The notes beneath the pieces were generated by a model. The model worked only from the letters and a program-made list of their open reading frames with translations. It searched no databases and was not told the origin of the DNA. Below, piece by piece: positions 6,755-8,181 of a stretch of DNA of 8,181 nucleotides. Each line of letters opens with the position of its first letter. Positions within the stretch are counted from its first letter, which is position 1. The stretch is from positions 1-8,181 of the forward strand of contig NW_021828517.1 of assembly GCF_006345805.1 (NCBI RefSeq), written 5' to 3'. Origin of the DNA: Octopus sinensis. Taxonomy: Eukaryota. The position numbers were made by a program, and so were the translations under genes.

Positions 6755-7138
6755 ACGTATGTATGCATGCATGCATTTATGTATGTATATATGTATGTAT
6801 GTATGTATTTATGTATGTATGTATGTGTGAGTGTGTATGTATGTATGAATGTGTGTGTATATATATGTATGTGTGTTTGTGTGTGTGCAAGTATATGTAT
6901 ATGTATATGTACATATATGCATACATTCATGCATACACTAGCACGCATACGTTTGTATTTAGACGCCTAGGTGTGCGCGCACACACACAGACACAGCCAC
7001 ACACATACATAATACATACATACATACATACATACATACATACATACATACATACATACGTAAAGTCACAAATAAATATTAGTTAATAATTATTGATATA
7101 TTTCACTGTATACTATTCGTGTGCATGTCTGTCTGGGT

Positions 7139-7170
<32 letters not shown>

Positions 7171-7192
7171 ATGAGTGTGTGTATGTGTGTGC
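6755..7192. repeat. (TATG)n/(TG)n, (CA)n/(TACA)n and (TG)n simple-repeat region
   Basis: Direct reading. Short unique spacers lie between the blocks. Confidence 0.92.
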
Positions 7193-7409
7193 AAGTTTCT
7201 ATTGTGTGTGTCTGTCTGCAATGGATATATATGTTTAAGTATGTTTAAAGGAAGAAAGCTCTGATAGACTGCATTGAAATTCAATACGTCCATAATATAT
7301 ACCAGTTATAAGAAAGTATTCTCTAATGGATATTATACTGTGTTCGGAACAAGGCATTAAACCTAACCCATATCGCTCACAATCTGTCTATCTATCCCTC
7401 CCGTTTCTC

Positions 7410-7413
7410 CTTT

Positions 7414-7451
<38 letters not shown>

Positions 7452-7460
7452 TCTATCTCT
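7410..7460. repeat. Poly-C plus (CT)n pyrimidine tract
   Basis: Direct reading. Confidence 0.93.
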
Positions 7461-7469
7461 TACTGTGTA

Positions 7470-7802
7470 TTACTCTTTACTCTTTACTCTTTTACTTGTT
7501 TCAATCATTTTGACTGTGGCCATGCTGGAGCACCGCCTATAGTCGATCAAATCGACCCCAGAACTTATTCTTTGTCAGCCTAATACTTATTCTATCGGTC
7601 TCTTTTGCCGAACCGCCAAGTTACGGGGACGTAAACACGCCAGCCTCAGTTGTCAAGCGATGTTGTAGGGACAAACATATATTTATACACATACACACAA
7701 AAATATATATATACATATATACGACGGGCTTCTTTCAGTTTCCGTCTTCCAAATCCACTCACAAGGCTTTGGTCGGCCCGAGGCTATAGTAGAAGACACT
7801 TG
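7470..7802 (-). mobile_element. Family-1 SINE, 5'-truncated, with (AAAGAGT)n-like tail
   Basis: The reverse complement is colinear with about 3032-3372, including body, internal microsatellite and 3' module. The tandem tail ttactctttactctttactcttttac is at 7470-7495 and the tRNA head is missing. Confidence 0.9.
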
Positions 7803-8181
7803 TGAAGGAGAGGCCACAAACAGAGCAGTAGTAGAGTAAACAGATAGTAGTTTGAATACAGTCTTGGATTTCTGTATGTTTAGCATTACTGCTGTCCCAT
7901 AAGTCTGAGTAGTTCTACTTTATAGGTCTCACACGAAATTTGTTGAGAATGATTTATGGAGTATTTAATCCAGCGTGGGTTCCATCCGGACTTTGGAGGG
8001 ATTTAGTTTTAGCATTTTCAAACTTCTTCGTGTATGTAAATGTGTGAAAGCGCACGTGTATTTGTTTAAGTCCGGTTTCTGTGTCTGAAGAGATAACTCT
8101 GAAATACTTGCATCCCAGTCTGCTTAAGGGATGCTGCAAACTGACTTGCTGTATTTACACTTATTTTTCTCGGTGAGAAAT

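Noticed and set aside
407-7293. Long ORFs with poly-M/I/V/H/T/P/N/S/C runs or alternating YI, HT and CV dipeptides
   Set aside because: They are translations of di-, tri- and tetranucleotide microsatellites, are open on several frames and strands at once, and contain no recognisable domain.
7954-8181. 61-aa minus ORF ending ...AGLNTP, and small hairpins gcatccc/gggatgc and tttctc/gagaaa
   Set aside because: There is no GIY-YIG or other motif upstream of the GLN, and 6-7-bp stems are expected by chance in 8 kb.

Overview
This is eukaryotic, AT-rich, microsatellite-saturated non-coding DNA (intronic or intergenic). It is most likely from an octopus (Cephalopoda), judged from my recollection of the SINE-like families and the repeat density, not from a database search. 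No credible protein-coding gene is present; the listed ORFs are microsatellite translations or chance frames within repeats. The window holds at least five copies or fragments of a tRNA-headed SINE (family 1) and two copies of a second tRNA-headed SINE (family 2), one nested in the other in opposite orientation with an 11-bp TSD. It also has a probable third SINE fragment, two diverged tandem copies of a possibly Penelope-like element, a probable LINE 3' UTR with a (TAA)n tail, and many simple repeats. The most unusual structures are a 133-bp near-perfect inverted duplication (934-1066 / 1139-1271) folding back at a SINE head, a triplicated unit with a fixed core and variable microsatellite spacers (2243-2600), and the nested antiparallel SINE pair (5853-6280). 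I found no convincing new biological system. The findings are local rearrangements and potential dsRNA-forming structures.
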